64,000 nucleotides of DNA, taken from contig NC_043016.1 in the NCBI RefSeq assembly GCF_006345805.1, forward strand, positions 7,688,001-7,752,000. The letters are read 5' to 3'. Below, one piece after another: positions 12,556 through 25,128 of this stretch. The DNA is from Octopus sinensis. Lineage: Eukaryota. The notes below the pieces were generated by a model. It saw only the letters and a program-made list of their open reading frames with translations. It did no database searches and had not been told where the DNA came from. How positions within the stretch are numbered: the stretch's first letter is position 1; each line of letters opens with the position of its first letter. Both the position numbers and the translations under genes were made by a program.

Positions 12556-13649
12556 ATATTTTTTAAAATATCTTTTGGTTACTTGAATAAACAATGTCAA
12601 TGTTATGTCCCATTCTTACTTGCGAATGTGTGTGTGCGTGCGTGTGTGTGTGTATGTGTGTGTGTATGTGTGTGTGTGATTCTTTGCGATTTAATGCAGA
12701 ATAATTCCATAAAAACTACAAATTTTTGAATGTAGTAACTTAACATTTTTCTCATTCTCTAAACAGACACACAACTGTTTTGTTATTAATAATAAAGAAT
12801 CATTAAATATTTGGAGTAATAAAACAAATCCTTAGAATATTTAGATCATAACCCTGATCTTGGCTGCATATTTGAAAGAAAAGTAGCAAAATGGCACTAA
12901 AAAAGGTGACAGCTGTTTAAGGTAAAATATTACGAAAATATCCCTACCTTTATAAATAACTGAACTAACAATTACCAGAAAATTTTAACATATCCAAGAA
13001 CGCTAAATGCTTTTCTATGGAAAATATTTTGCGTCATGTAAATGAGCCAATTAATTCTTCCTCTTTGGGGATCAATAAATTTAAATGATAATGATATAGA
13101 AAATGGTGAATTACAGTATAGCAGTATCCATTTGCTTAAAAGGACCAAGACTACTAATGTTAAAAGAATTTGGATAGAAATTTTTTATCACAAAGATGCT
13201 GCTGGGGAAGTTCCTGTAGAGATATTGCAGCATTTGTTCTTAATCTCATAATATTACATAATTCAAATGCTAAAAAGATTATTCAGAAGCATGAATATTA
13301 TCAAAACAAAATGGATATGCAACTTCTAATTCTTGGAGCTGTTCTCTCAGTAAAATATGGCTTGAAAAGGATATGATAAATGCGACAAGACTATTGTTTA
13401 TCCGAAACAACACAAAATAAAGTTGGTACAATGGATGCATACACATATGTAGCTCAGATACACGGCAGCAGTGCAGGAAAAAAATGAAGAATTCAATGAT
13501 ATAGATGTTTTCAGAGTCTGGTTCGGATATATTTGCTAAGCTTTAATTTCTGCGCCTTTTTCTTGAATGAAATAACAAGCATTATTTTTAACTAGCACTA
13601 GTGCTAGTGCATGCATATACAGCTGCATGCGTGCGTACATACACGCGAG

Positions 13650-13938
13650 TACTGTCCAAATCTCAGACCAATCACATACAACTAGCTGGCATTCAATTGG
13701 TGTATCAAGTTTCGGGCATTTTGATTGGGTTTTGGATAGAAAATTCACACAAAAGTCACTTCTATTGATCTTTTAATGGCTTTGCGGGATAACTAGGGAA
13801 ATATAAAGATGTGCACGACCACCCTTGGACGGTTTTGAATGACCATAAAAAGTGTGAGACCTCTAACTGAAAAATTGTGGATTTGTATAAGGGACACACA
13901 CACAGACAGACATTTTGCCGTTTATATATATATAGAGA
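13650..13938 (+). mobile_element. Possible Helentron-associated (HINE/DINE-like) element end
   Basis: Ends ...acacacagacagacattttgccgtttatatatatatagagat, an ending typical of such elements. Confidence 0.45.
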
Positions 13939-14319
13939 TTCTTATACAGCATTTTTAGCATTATTGTGGCAATTTTGTATAAAGTTAAAAATAAACTGTA
14001 AATTTCATTCAGTTTCACTGAGGAAAAGATCGATCCATCTCTTTCATCTGGCAAAGAAGATCGAGATTCCTTCCTCTGCTGGCTCGCCATCGGAAATGTA
14101 TCTGTGAAGTGAACGCAGCTGGAAGATTTTCAACTAGAGCTTTTCCTTACGGCTCAAGCCGTTTTCAAATCCTTCCAGTATCACCATGAGTGAATGTGGA
14201 GAAATTGACGTAGCTAAATAGTTGTACATTAATTATGCAACAGTAGGGTAGCGACAGGAGTTACGAGAAGGCACTGAAGATTTTTGGCCTTTTCGTTGTC
14301 TCTGTCTCTACGTTCTCAA

Positions 14320-15370
14320 GAATTTCCTTTAGATCTTGAAATTATAGTAATAATGGTATTTATACCATTGAGCATTCTCCTTGCTCTTTGTAAATATTCT
14401 TTCCTGCCTTATATTTACACCATCAAATTTCAAGATTCCTAGATATATATTTCCATCATCTGTATCCATCTTCCGTACCTTATTTTCATTCAGTGAATAT
14501 ATTCCATCATTTTTATGTTATTCCCCTTCTTCATCACAAGAGCTGCACACTTGGAAATACCAAATTCCATTCTGATGTCATTGATAAACTTTCTCTAAAT
14601 ATTAGCAAAAGCAACCAATTACCTTTAAGCTTTTCCCTATTATTTAGGGTCGTCCTTGAATAATACCTGGTTAACTATACTCTATCTTTTCCCAAGGCTA
14701 TATCCAGAAATTACATTTCTTAATTTTAGCAGGGTAAGATAAGAGTAAAAATGGTATCCTATCACCTTCACAGATATATCGATCTATTTTGACTTTTCTA
14801 AGTGAGTGTCATCAGGCTGTAAGCTCCAGTTCCCAATTTCGATACTTATTCGTATCAGTTTAGTGATATTATTTGTAATTTTAAGCATATTGAGTATCTT
14901 TAAAATGTGAGAGTGAGGAACCCTATCATATACCATTTTTTATAGTCGATCCACCCCATTGCTAAACCATTCCGTCTTGTTTTACAGATTCTTATAATTT
15001 TGACAATTAATAGTTGGTCTTTAGTCCCTCTTGAATTTATCAGACCTCTCTTTCTATTCGTTTCGCTTCTTTTTACAAGTGTACATAGATCTCATTTGCG
15101 AACAGTTTTCATATTAGTAGCAAGCGAGTTACCGGTCCGTAGTTTGAGACCTCCGCACTTTTCTGCTTATATTTCTTATTAAGGGTTGTTTTTCTCCTAG
15201 TCATCCATTTATTTTTTTGTTCTTCAACCAAGAAACCTTGTTGTCCATCTTCTTTCGGGACTTTCTAATTAGCTCCTTTGGAAGCCTGTTTTACTATGGA
15301 CTTCGGAGTGATTACTACGTCACCCTATTCTGTTACTCTTCTTAGTTCATTATTTATTTCTTCTGTTCAC
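14320..15370 (-). mobile_element. Strongly decayed Dong/R4 LINE fragment
   Basis: Minus strand remnant DIRMEFGISKCAALVMKKG...YLGILK. Confidence 0.7.
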
Positions 15371-15574
15371 ACCACCTCCTCCTTGTGGATATCTTTCTAT
15401 GTTCCTTATATCACTCTAAAACTTTCTACTTTTTTCTACTTTTAACAATACTTTCTAATTATTTTGAAACAAAATTTTGTGTAGCAACTGATTTCTTCTA
15501 TTCTCTTATCGTTTTATCACTACTGCTTTTATTTCAGTCCTTCGTTATAACTGAGGACCACTACTGCCAAACTA

Positions 15575-15765
15575 AAGAGAACCAGATGAAAGGAGCAGCA
15601 GCAGCAACCACAGCTCTCATCCCCTTTCACTTGCACCAGATGTGGCAGAGACTGCCACTCGATGATTGGTCTGCACAGCCACACCAGGAAGTGCAGATAA
15701 ACCCACCATCTTTTCCGAGCTACACCATCATCTCTCGAGACGGACAGATGCCATCCATCTCCATC
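15575..15765 (+). mobile_element. RTE LINE 3' end
   Basis: FTCTRCGRDCHSMIGLHSHTRKCR* zinc-finger-like C terminus and short 3' UTR catcatctctcgagacggacagatgcc. Confidence 0.8.
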
Positions 15766-15769
15766 CGTT

Positions 15770-15965
15770 ATAACTGGTTGAATCGGACAAAGTGCTTACT
15801 GGTTTTTCGCCCGCTTTTACGTTCTGAGTTCAAATGCTGCCGAGGTCGACTTTGCTTTTCATTCTTTTGTAACCGATATAATAAGTAACAGTCAAATACT
15901 GAAGTTAATGTATTCGACCTACACCCTCCCCTGAAATTGCTGGCCTTGCGCCAAAATTAAAAATA
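15770..15965 (+). mobile_element. Meta-domain-like SINE
   Basis: gttctgagttcaaat...gaggtcgactttgcttttcattc...gaaattgctggccttgcgccaaaa. Confidence 0.75.
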
Positions 15966-16038
15966 ATAATCATCATCATCGTTATTATTACCATCATTAT
16001 CATCATCTCATCATCATCATCATCATCATATCATCATC

Positions 16039-16113
<75 letters not shown>

Positions 16114-16759
16114 AAACAACAACAATATAAGTAATAATAATAATAATAATAAACAGGGAAAACAAAAGGCTGAGAACAGAACCGACAACATCGTATTCCA
16201 TAAAAAAAAAGTAATTGATAAAATAAATATAAATCATCCCCTTCACTCCTCGAAGAAAACAATCATTATAAATAATAGCATATCTTGTGTTTTTGCTTGA
16301 AATTTCATTCTTTAAATTCGTTACCAAATTTCAATCCCAGGAAGTAGTTGATGCAAATATTCTAGAATTCAACACTACAGACAGCTTTCATAAAATGACA
16401 GTTGTTTTCATTTATCTATTAAACATTTTTTTTTCTATTTTGTTATCCTTTTATATTTTGTTTATTTATGAAGTAACACAGCAAATGTCCGACAAGTTTA
16501 CATTTAGTTACGTTTTTCGTTTTTGTTTTTCTCTACCATTATTATTTATTTATTTTAATGCTTCTTGGAATTGCGTATTTAGTTTTTTAAGCCTTTATTT
16601 TATTATTACTATTATCATCATCATCAAAGACAGCAACAATAACAACAACGAACTATAAAATAATAATAATAATATTAATAAAATAATAATAATAATAATA
16701 ATAATCAAATAATAATAATATAATAGATGATGATAATAATAATAATAATAATAATAATA

Positions 16760-16807
<48 letters not shown>

Positions 16808-17234
16808 TATTATTATTATTATTATTTTTTTGGCTTCCCCTGCTATGTTAATTTCCTGTTGATGTAAAATGTGAAAAAGAAAGGAAAATAAACTGTGCTT
16901 TAATTTTCATTCTACTGTTTACGTTTAAAATGATTGAGAAAATCAAAATAAAACTGCAGGAAAAGAAATAACATAACATTCATCCAAGAATCTTGACCAA
17001 GGTTAATGAAAAAGATAATAATAACATTGTCAATTTTTTAAATTTTTTTTAATATATAATTTTTTTCACTTTTCTCTTTTCGAATTTCAATTCTTTGAAT
17101 CGGCTGAGCATCAGAAGATACGGTTTGAAGCAGCATTTAGTTTTCTCATTTTATGACTTAAGTTCATGCCTCACCTATTTTTCTTTTTTCTATTTTTTTT
17201 TTCACCTTTCGTAAAAATGGAGTTGATTAAATAA

Positions 17235-17296
<62 letters not shown>

Positions 17297-17312
17297 TAAT
17301 AATAATAATAAT
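15966..17312. repeat. (CAT)n/(TTA)n/(TAA)n arrays at 15966-16150, 16660-16826, 17230-17312
   Basis: Directly visible. Confidence 0.95.
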
Positions 17313-18011
17313 AGAAACTTTGATTTAATCGACTTTGTCCAATAAACAACAATTTTATGCTTTGAAGAATATGTCTATCGGCCTTAGTTACTCATTTTGT
17401 CTCTCCGTAATTTTTGAAATAATTGTTAATTTTGCCAAATGAGGGGATTTGCTGTTTATTGGAAATGTTGTTGCTGGAACGGACCAGAAGCAGAAGGAAG
17501 CGATCTTGTTTTACACAAAAAGAATTAAGTGGATCTCAAATGAGTATGAATGGCTTGAGAGCTTAGACACCTGTGTAATCGCGAGCAGACAGACAATCCT
17601 CAGCTCACCCGCTCTTGACCAAGTATAACATCGAGCACGTGATAAATTAAGGAAGAGATAGAGAGGTATGAAAAGACAGACAGGGCAGCCGGTAGACTGA
17701 CAGAAAAAGAGTATGTCTCCCTATTACACGACTAGGAATACAACCAAAGATTAGTAGTTTAGGAAGATGATTTTTGAACACTCGGCTCTATAGAAAACAA
17801 AACCTGTCAAAGAGTTGACGAAGAGTCAACTAATGCACGCACAGAAGCATGCACACACACACACACGTACACACATACATGCACGCACACACACATTTAT
17901 GTATGTATATTATAAATGTATATAAATGCACATGCGAGAAAAATGCTTTCACTTCAGACCAACAGCGATTGTAGTCTTTTATCATCTTGTCTGATTCGGT
18001 TTTTTTGGCTT

Positions 18012-18231
18012 CCTTTCGTTACCAACCCGGCTGAAACCGGCTCTGGCTCTTTAGTACAAATGTCTTGTTTTCATAAGTTTTGAATTAAAATCTTCCACCA
18101 AACCTTAGTCACGATTTATGTTCCTAACACTAGCTTAATCATAACTAAGTTATTTTACTAAATTCTTTGTTATACTTAAAATAATAGGAACACACACAAA
18201 GCATCTCGAAATAAATACAGTAACGAAAGGC
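18012..18231. mobile_element. piggyBac-type MITE
   Basis: TIR cctttcgttac / gtaacgaaagg, with TTAA at the right end (18232-18235). Confidence 0.65.
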
Positions 18232-18369
18232 TTAACAGCTTCAAACAGTTAAAGGAAAGCACTCGTATGTTTATCTCTATAAAAATGTGCATAGGTACTT
18301 TTCACGCAGTCTTTTTTGCTTCCTTTCATTTTAGACAGTGGATCCTTTGTTGTAGTAATCAGAGTGATG

Positions 18370-18600
18370 AATCTGTTATTTGTTTCAGTCATTAGACCGA
18401 AGCTGTGATTGGACACTGCACCGGAGAATTTTTAGAGGAATGAATCGACCCCAGAACTCATTATTTTAAGCCTGGTCATTATTCTATCGGATTCTTTTGT
18501 CGACTGCTAAGTTACGGCGATGTAAACACACCAGCACCGGTTGACAAGCAGTAGTGGGGAACAAATATAGACTTAAAGACACCACATATAGATATACACC

Positions 18601-18633
<33 letters not shown>

Positions 18634-19055
18634 ATGATATATATATATATATATATATATAGATATATAATGTGTGTTGTGTGTGGTGTGTGGTGTGTGT
18701 GTGTTTTGTATTGGTTATATATTATTTCTTCACTCACTACTGTTCTTATTTTATTATCTTAACTCATGTCTATTGTCCGAAAATCTTTCGTTACACATCT
18801 GTGACCTCTTCAGTGACCTTTTCATTTTCGTGTGTGTTTCTTCTTGCTCCACTTACTCTATTCTGGGATGGAGTAAGTGGAGCAAGAACACACACGAAAA
18901 CGAATATATATATATCTATATATATATATTGAGACAGGCTTCTTTCAGTTTCCGTCGACAAATCTCCCACAAGGCTTTGGTTGACCTGAAGCTATTGTAG
19001 AAGACACTTGCCCAAAATGTCACGCAGTTGGAATGAACGCAGAACCATGTGGTGG
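18370..19055 (-). mobile_element. CORE-like SINE split by microsatellite and extra sequence
   Basis: Tail at 18370-18570, head at 18930-19055. Confidence 0.8.
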
Positions 19056-19099
19056 GAAATATATATATATATATTTTTTTTGGGGTTTTTACAATGTTG

Positions 19100-19340
19100 A
19101 ACTTCTTATCACAGCCGTACCTAAAGAAAAAAACTACTGCCTCTTCCATAGTTTCCTTACTCGTATGGACACAAAATGTACCTCGATTAGCTGCATAGCA
19201 GCTTCCCTCTTTGAAATGTTAATGATGTGTAAGGGTCTGAATTTTGGTCTTACCATACTGGTGTAAGTCTATGAAGCCGTGAGAATTCATTATAGATTGG
19301 CACGACGTCTATGCTGTTAGCGTTAGAAAGGTGGTCGTAT
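19100..19340 (-). mobile_element. Decayed CR1-type LINE 3' fragment
   Basis: Minus strand HFVSIRVRKLWKR resembles the CR1 C-terminal FFSxRVxxLWN motif. Confidence 0.4.
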
Positions 19341-19430
19341 TTGATAGCGAGAGGACAACCATTGTATGTATGTATATACACGCACTATATACTTAAATGC
19401 ATGCGTGTTTGTATATATATATAATATATA

Positions 19431-19480
<50 letters not shown>

Positions 19481-19481
<1 letters not shown>

Positions 19482-19656
19482 CACACAGACAAAAGACGAA
19501 GACGGTTGTGTAACAGCAAACAGATGTATTAGTATAACGCTCATGAAGTGAGAAAGTCTTTTACGTTTCGAGCCTATGTTCTTCATCAGAAAGAAACACA
19601 GAAATAAACGGAGAGAAAATAGAAAAATGTTTAGTGGCTAGCGATCTATCATGGCG
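19481..19656 (-). mobile_element. ~180 bp hammerhead-bearing element inside (TA)n
   Basis: Minus strand CTGATGA-a-gaac-atag-gctc-GAAA-cgt; homologue at 53147-53342. Confidence 0.7.
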
Positions 19657-19704
19657 AATATATAAATTTAATATAATATATAGTATATATATATATATAA
19701 TATA

Positions 19705-19746
<42 letters not shown>

Positions 19747-20323
19747 ATTATATATATATATATATATATATATAATGCACACATATATTACCTGTGTGCT
19801 GTAGAAGTCTGTAGCAATGCAGAAGACACACACACACACACATACACACATACACACACACGTTATATTACTCGTGTGTCGTACAAGTCTGTAGCAGTAC
19901 AGACGAATATTAGATATTAAAATAGCATAACAAAGAAATTGAAATATTACCTCAGAGATATTTAATTAGTCCTGCTATTTCGAGTTAAAAGCTCATTTGC
20001 AAAGTTTTTAAGTAGCATAGTGTGTATATGTGTGCGTGTGTCTAGCTGTGTGTGTGTGTGTGCGTGTGTCTAGCTGTGTGTGTGTGTGTCGCTGTGTGCT
20101 TCTGCGTGTTTGCATGTATGTGTGTGTGTGTGTGTGAAGACTAATTAAATATTTCAGAAGTAACATTTGACTTTCTTTGGTATTGTTAATTTTGATATTG
20201 AATGTTCTATTGCTTTGATATCACCCTCTACAACATACTGATTTTCAACATTCCGCCGTGCTGCAAGCATGCATACACCACACACACACACATACACACA
20301 ATATATTATATATATATATATAT

Positions 20324-20367
<44 letters not shown>

Positions 20368-20501
20368 CACATACGCACATATGTATAGATAGATGCATTA
20401 TGCATATACATGCATAAATATATGCATATATGAATGCATGTTATCTTTCTCTTTCTTTTACTCTCTTTCTTTCTTTCCTTCTATCTCTCTCTCTCTCTAA
20501 C

Positions 20502-20549
<48 letters not shown>

Positions 20550-21720
20550 CATATAAATATATATTTATATGGATAGATATATTCATCATCTCACATGTGT
20601 TGAAATGTGTATAATTTTAATGATTAATTTATTTAAAATTTGATATCATCTCGTCGTATCTCAACCTTAAGCATTATCTAATTAGTAGAAGCTGTCGATC
20701 ATTAAGCAAGTCAATCTAATTAATTATAATCAATATCTGAATCTTTGCTATGGAAGTAATTGCTTAGTGATTCCTTGAATGTCTCTCAACTGTCTCATTA
20801 TATATGTGTGTGTGTATATATATATATGTATATATATATATGTATATATATATATATGTGTATATATATATATATACACACATGTATGTATATATATATA
20901 TATATATATATAATGTTCATCACTTAGGAAACTAAAAAGAAAATCTGTTATTACAACAGAAAAACATAATCATATTGCTTTAATGGATTAATTAATCTGC
21001 TGAGAAACGAGATTATCTTTTAGAAAGAAAAATTTCTCTCCTACGTTCCCTTTTGTAATATTTTAAATGTATTGAGCAATTATCTAATTAGACATATGTA
21101 ACACCCTATTTTCTTTTATAATCACATCAATTTAGAGATATTTAACCATTGCTGGGTCAATGAATTGAACTGAGGTCTTTATTCTTCGTGTATATTGTCT
21201 GCGCAATTGCATGTCTTCAATGAAAATCCGTTTAAATAATAAATTAGAGAGATGAATTTTGCTTTTGAGGATTCAAATATTTATTTTTAACAAATGGCGC
21301 AAAGCCAACGCATTGAAAAGACAGATAAGAATATACACTGGTTCTTAAATGTATTGACAGGAAGCTCGAGATTAATATCTTTATGACAGATACACTTAAC
21401 GTATGTATGTCGTAGAAAAGATGGAAGACGAAATTTTTCGTCCGAGGAAAGATACTTTAATAGATTTATTGTGCGAAAAACACAAGATATTTAAGAACTA
21501 GACGAAACGAAATCATGCCGTAAGCGACTGCTCATTTCGCCGTATTTTGCAGCTTGTCATTGCCATGATCATGCATCTCCGTCCGTGAGGAAATTGTCCG
21601 GGCAAGTCTGAAGAGTATACATATGCATACATACATACCCCCATACACACATATATACATACAACATGCATATATATATTATATGTCCGTCTATATATAT
21701 ATATTTATATATATGTTTTG

Positions 21721-21782
<62 letters not shown>

Positions 21783-21784
21783 AT

Positions 21785-21905
21785 ATAGTCCCGGTTGAGT
21801 CGGGGTTAACCACGTAAATAAGGTACTCAATACTAGCAGAGTAAATTAACTTATTTTATAGAAGGAGCTTCTACAGGACTGGAACTGTTTCCTTCAAATG
21901 AAATC
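21785..21905 (-). mobile_element. Truncated copy of the small element that forms the palindrome at 28785-28980
   Basis: gtcccggttgagtcggggtt...ttattttatagaaggagcttctacaggactggaactgtttcc is shared. Confidence 0.8.
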
Positions 21906-22431
21906 ATATGTATGCATGTATGTATGTATCTATCTACTCACACACACGCACACACACACACCAGAAATGTATAGAGATATAAATCTCCCATTATATTGAT
22001 GTCTTTGAAATTTCAGAAAATTCCTTTGAAGAGTGAGTTTTTAGAATCTTTGTATAATCACTTACGTTGATTTTTAAATGTACGTGTGTGAATGACCATT
22101 GTGTACGTGGACATCATTCTTGTTCGCAAACGCATGGACAAATACAAGCACACACACAAAATAAAACTACACACACACAATGTGTGACATGTTATACATT
22201 TGTTTCACCGCTCGAAGCAGTTCATAAGAGGAGTGAGTAAGGGTTTACAACGTAATTTTTGCTTAAATAGTTGAAAGGAGGGGAATTAAAGATGGAGAAC
22301 AGAAGGAAGTAGAAGTGTCAACATAGGTGAAAACAAAAACAAAAACAAAAAAACTATTTTTGTGGGAAAGTAGAAGGGATAGGAAGAATATGATAGTGTC
22401 ACTAGAGGAGAGACAGACTATTGATTTGTTA

Positions 22432-22651
22432 GATCTGGCAGAAACGTTAGCACACCGGGCGAAATGCTTAGCGGTATTGCGTCTGTCGTTGCGTTCTGAT
22501 TCAAATTCCGCCGAGTGTCGACTTTGCCTTTCATCCTTTCGGGGTCGATAAATTAAGTACCAGTTACGCACTGGGTGCGATTTAATCGACTTATCCTTTG
22601 TCTGTCCTTGTTTGTCCCCTCTATGTTTAGCCCCTGTGGGCAATAAAGAAA
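22432..22651 (+). mobile_element. Meta-domain-like SINE with Tx1-like tail
   Basis: ctggcagaaacgttagc head, B-box-like gattcaaattcc, tail ttgtcccctctatgtttagcccctgtgggcaataaagaaa. Confidence 0.9.
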
Positions 22652-22866
22652 CAGATACTATGAGTAAGAGACGTTTATACAAATAAGGAGGCGAAGTTTT
22701 GAGAGCAGAAGACTGGAGTGACTGCCGTTCACGACATTAGATGACGTATACGTTAAGTATAGTCTATTTGAAATGCTAAAATTAATTAGAAATTTGAACA
22801 GCCTATTCAGTTTGTAATTAGAAGTCTGAATTAGGTAAATGGTTGCTTTTTTTACAATTATATACA

Positions 22867-23476
22867 CAGTTATCCCTCGCCACATCGTGGTTCACCTATC
22901 GTGGTTCTCTTATCGCGGTTTACCTATCGCGGTTTATTATTTAAGCTTACGTCGATTTATAATAAAATAAATATATATAAATATATATAGGCGTAGGAGT
23001 GGCTGTGTGGTAAGTTGCTTGCTTACCAACCACATGGTTCCAGGTTCAGTCCCACTGCGTGGCACCTTGGGCAAGTGTCTTCTACTATAGCCTCGGTCCG
23101 GCCAAAGTCTCGTCAGTGGATTTGGTAGACGGAAACTGAAAGAAGCCCGTCATATATATCTATGAATGTGTGTATGTTTGTGTGTCTGTGTTTGTCCCCC
23201 CAACATCGCTTGACAACCGATGCTTGTGTGTTTACGTCCGCGTAACTTAGTGGTTCGGCAAAAGAGACCGATAGAATAAGTACTAGGATTACAAAGAATA
23301 AATCCTGGGGGCGATTTGCTCGGCTAAAGGCGGTGCTCCAGCATGGCCGGAGTCAAATGACTGAAACAAGTAAAAGAGTAAATAAAAATAATAATAATAA
23401 ATATACAGTATAGTACTGTTTCTACTTCGCGGGGTTACTTTGGAACGTAACAACCGCGATAGTCGAGTGATTACTG
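22867..23476. mobile_element. pogo/Tigger-like MITE interrupted by a CORE-like SINE (22990-23385, +)
   Basis: TIR cagttatccctcg...atcg(t/c)ggtt / accgcgatagtcgagtgattactg followed by TA. Confidence 0.8.
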
Positions 23477-24132
23477 TATCAGGAAAATAGCCAAACGTTG
23501 AACAGTAACGTAGTTAAATAAATATAAACCTTTCTGTATTTAGTAATATGCAAAGTTACTCTAGGTAACTTTGAATATGAGAATGTGATTTTGCAACATC
23601 ACTTTCTACATCTAGAGATGTGGTTTTACAATATTCGTAAGTTTTATAATGTTAAGGAAGCGTTCCGTTTATTTGAATATTTTATCATTTAGTTCAAAGG
23701 TCTCATAAATTCAGGTTGGATGAGGGAAGATCTCAGCTGTGTTAAGTTAGGAATGAATAAGTCTATAAATATATAAATATTTTGAAATAATTCGGAAATG
23801 GCATGATTTGAACATTCACGACAATCGGTTATCAGTAACTTTCGATTATCAATAACATTCTATCGTCCCAAGACAGAGTTCAATCGCTATGAGTTATTTG
23901 AAAATTGCTAGTAATGGCACAATTATCCAGCTATAATAGTTCAACTTCTTTACAGTATGGATAATTCGTTGTTCAGGTCGACAGAGTATAGATCAAGGGA
24001 AATAATTACATGGGATACTGAACAAACGTTACTCTATTGGATTAACGAAAAGTGTTTAAAAGAATAAATATTGAGAATTATTGAGAATTTGTGAATGTGA
24101 AAGAAGAAATAGTAGCTGGGATAATTGGAAAT

Positions 24133-24500
24133 TACGACGGTTGTCTCGTAATGGATGCAAAAGTGTGCATAACCATTTTATTAACTAAGGCAGGCCGTTC
24201 AACTTGCACATGATCGTAGAGTAACTCTTTCCCTGTGCAACTCAACAGAATCCCCATAAAAAGCGATGCATTTGCACAATCCTTAAACCAAACATTTGAA
24301 TCGTCTTTGAAAAATTCGGATGTACACTGTTGTACCAATTTCTTCGTAGTTACTTTCGCCTCGTCTGTGTCATCAAATCATTGCCTTACAGCCTATCTTT
24401 CATTGGGCAGAACAGCTGGAAGTCGGAGCACTCCAGATCCAGGTTATACGGTAGACGGAGGATTGCCTGTTTTGTTGTGTAGACGCACATTATTTGGATA
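24133..24500 (-). pseudogene. mariner (DD34D-type) transposase 3' remnant with TIR
   Basis: ILRLPYNLDLECSDFQLFCPMKDRL*G (decayed HPPYSPDLAPSDFHLF); end ...acaaccgtcgta. Confidence 0.7.
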
Positions 24501-24752
24501 AATGTGAATCATTTTCAGATTCTTGTTAGATCACTCCTCCTAAACGGCAAGAAAGAGCGTATAGAACTGAGTCAGACTCTGTATATAAATATTTTGTTTA
24601 TCTAAAGATCACATGAAGGTATTGACATAGTGTGTTTTATCGTGGTTTGTAGGAGATCCTCACCAATTTCAGGATGGTATGCTGGAAAGTTGTTTGGAAC
24701 ACAGCATATACATATTATATATATATATATATAATATATATATTATATATAA

Positions 24753-25055
24753 TCACGTGATCACGTGACCGACCAGACCATCAGTTGTTGTTACACATCG
24801 CTGGTCACAATGCGTTCGCATTGTTTTAGCCTTCGAATGACGCCACCCCGTAGGCTAAGCGAGCAGACCAACAGAAGGAAGAGTGGGAGAAAGAGTGGTG
24901 AAAGAGTACAGCAGGGATCACCACCCTCTGCCGGAGCTTCTTGGAGCTTTTAGGTGTTTTCGCTCAATAAACACTCACAACACCCGGTCTGGGAATCGAA
25001 ACCGCGATCCTACGACCACGAGTCCGCTGCCCTAACCACTGGGCCATTGCGCCTC

Positions 25056-25058
<3 letters not shown>
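24753..25058 (-). mobile_element. tRNA-SINE (head gtggaggcgcaatggcccagtggttagg), tail type 1
   Basis: A and B boxes; tail ends ggtcggtcacgtgatcacgtga into (TA)n. Confidence 0.92.
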
Positions 25059-25088
<30 letters not shown>

Positions 25089-25094
25089 ACACCA

Positions 25095-25128
<34 letters not shown>

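Noticed and set aside
14010-14110. Possible short exon (FTEEKIDPSLSSGKEDRDSFLCWLAIG, or minus-strand MASQQRKESRSS)
   Set aside because: No recognisable homology and strand ambiguous
16740-16826. (AAT)n directly followed by (ATT)n forming an inverted repeat
   Set aside because: Common outcome of microsatellite turnover; nothing specific
17460-17570. MLLLERTRSRRKRSCFTQKEL, resembling a homeodomain N-terminal arm
   Set aside because: No helix 1-3 residues follow, early stop, no convincing splice sites
24990-25058. tRNA-like sequences here and at 37750, 49600, 63080
   Set aside because: They are SINE heads with A and B boxes fused to repeat bodies; no complete cloverleaf
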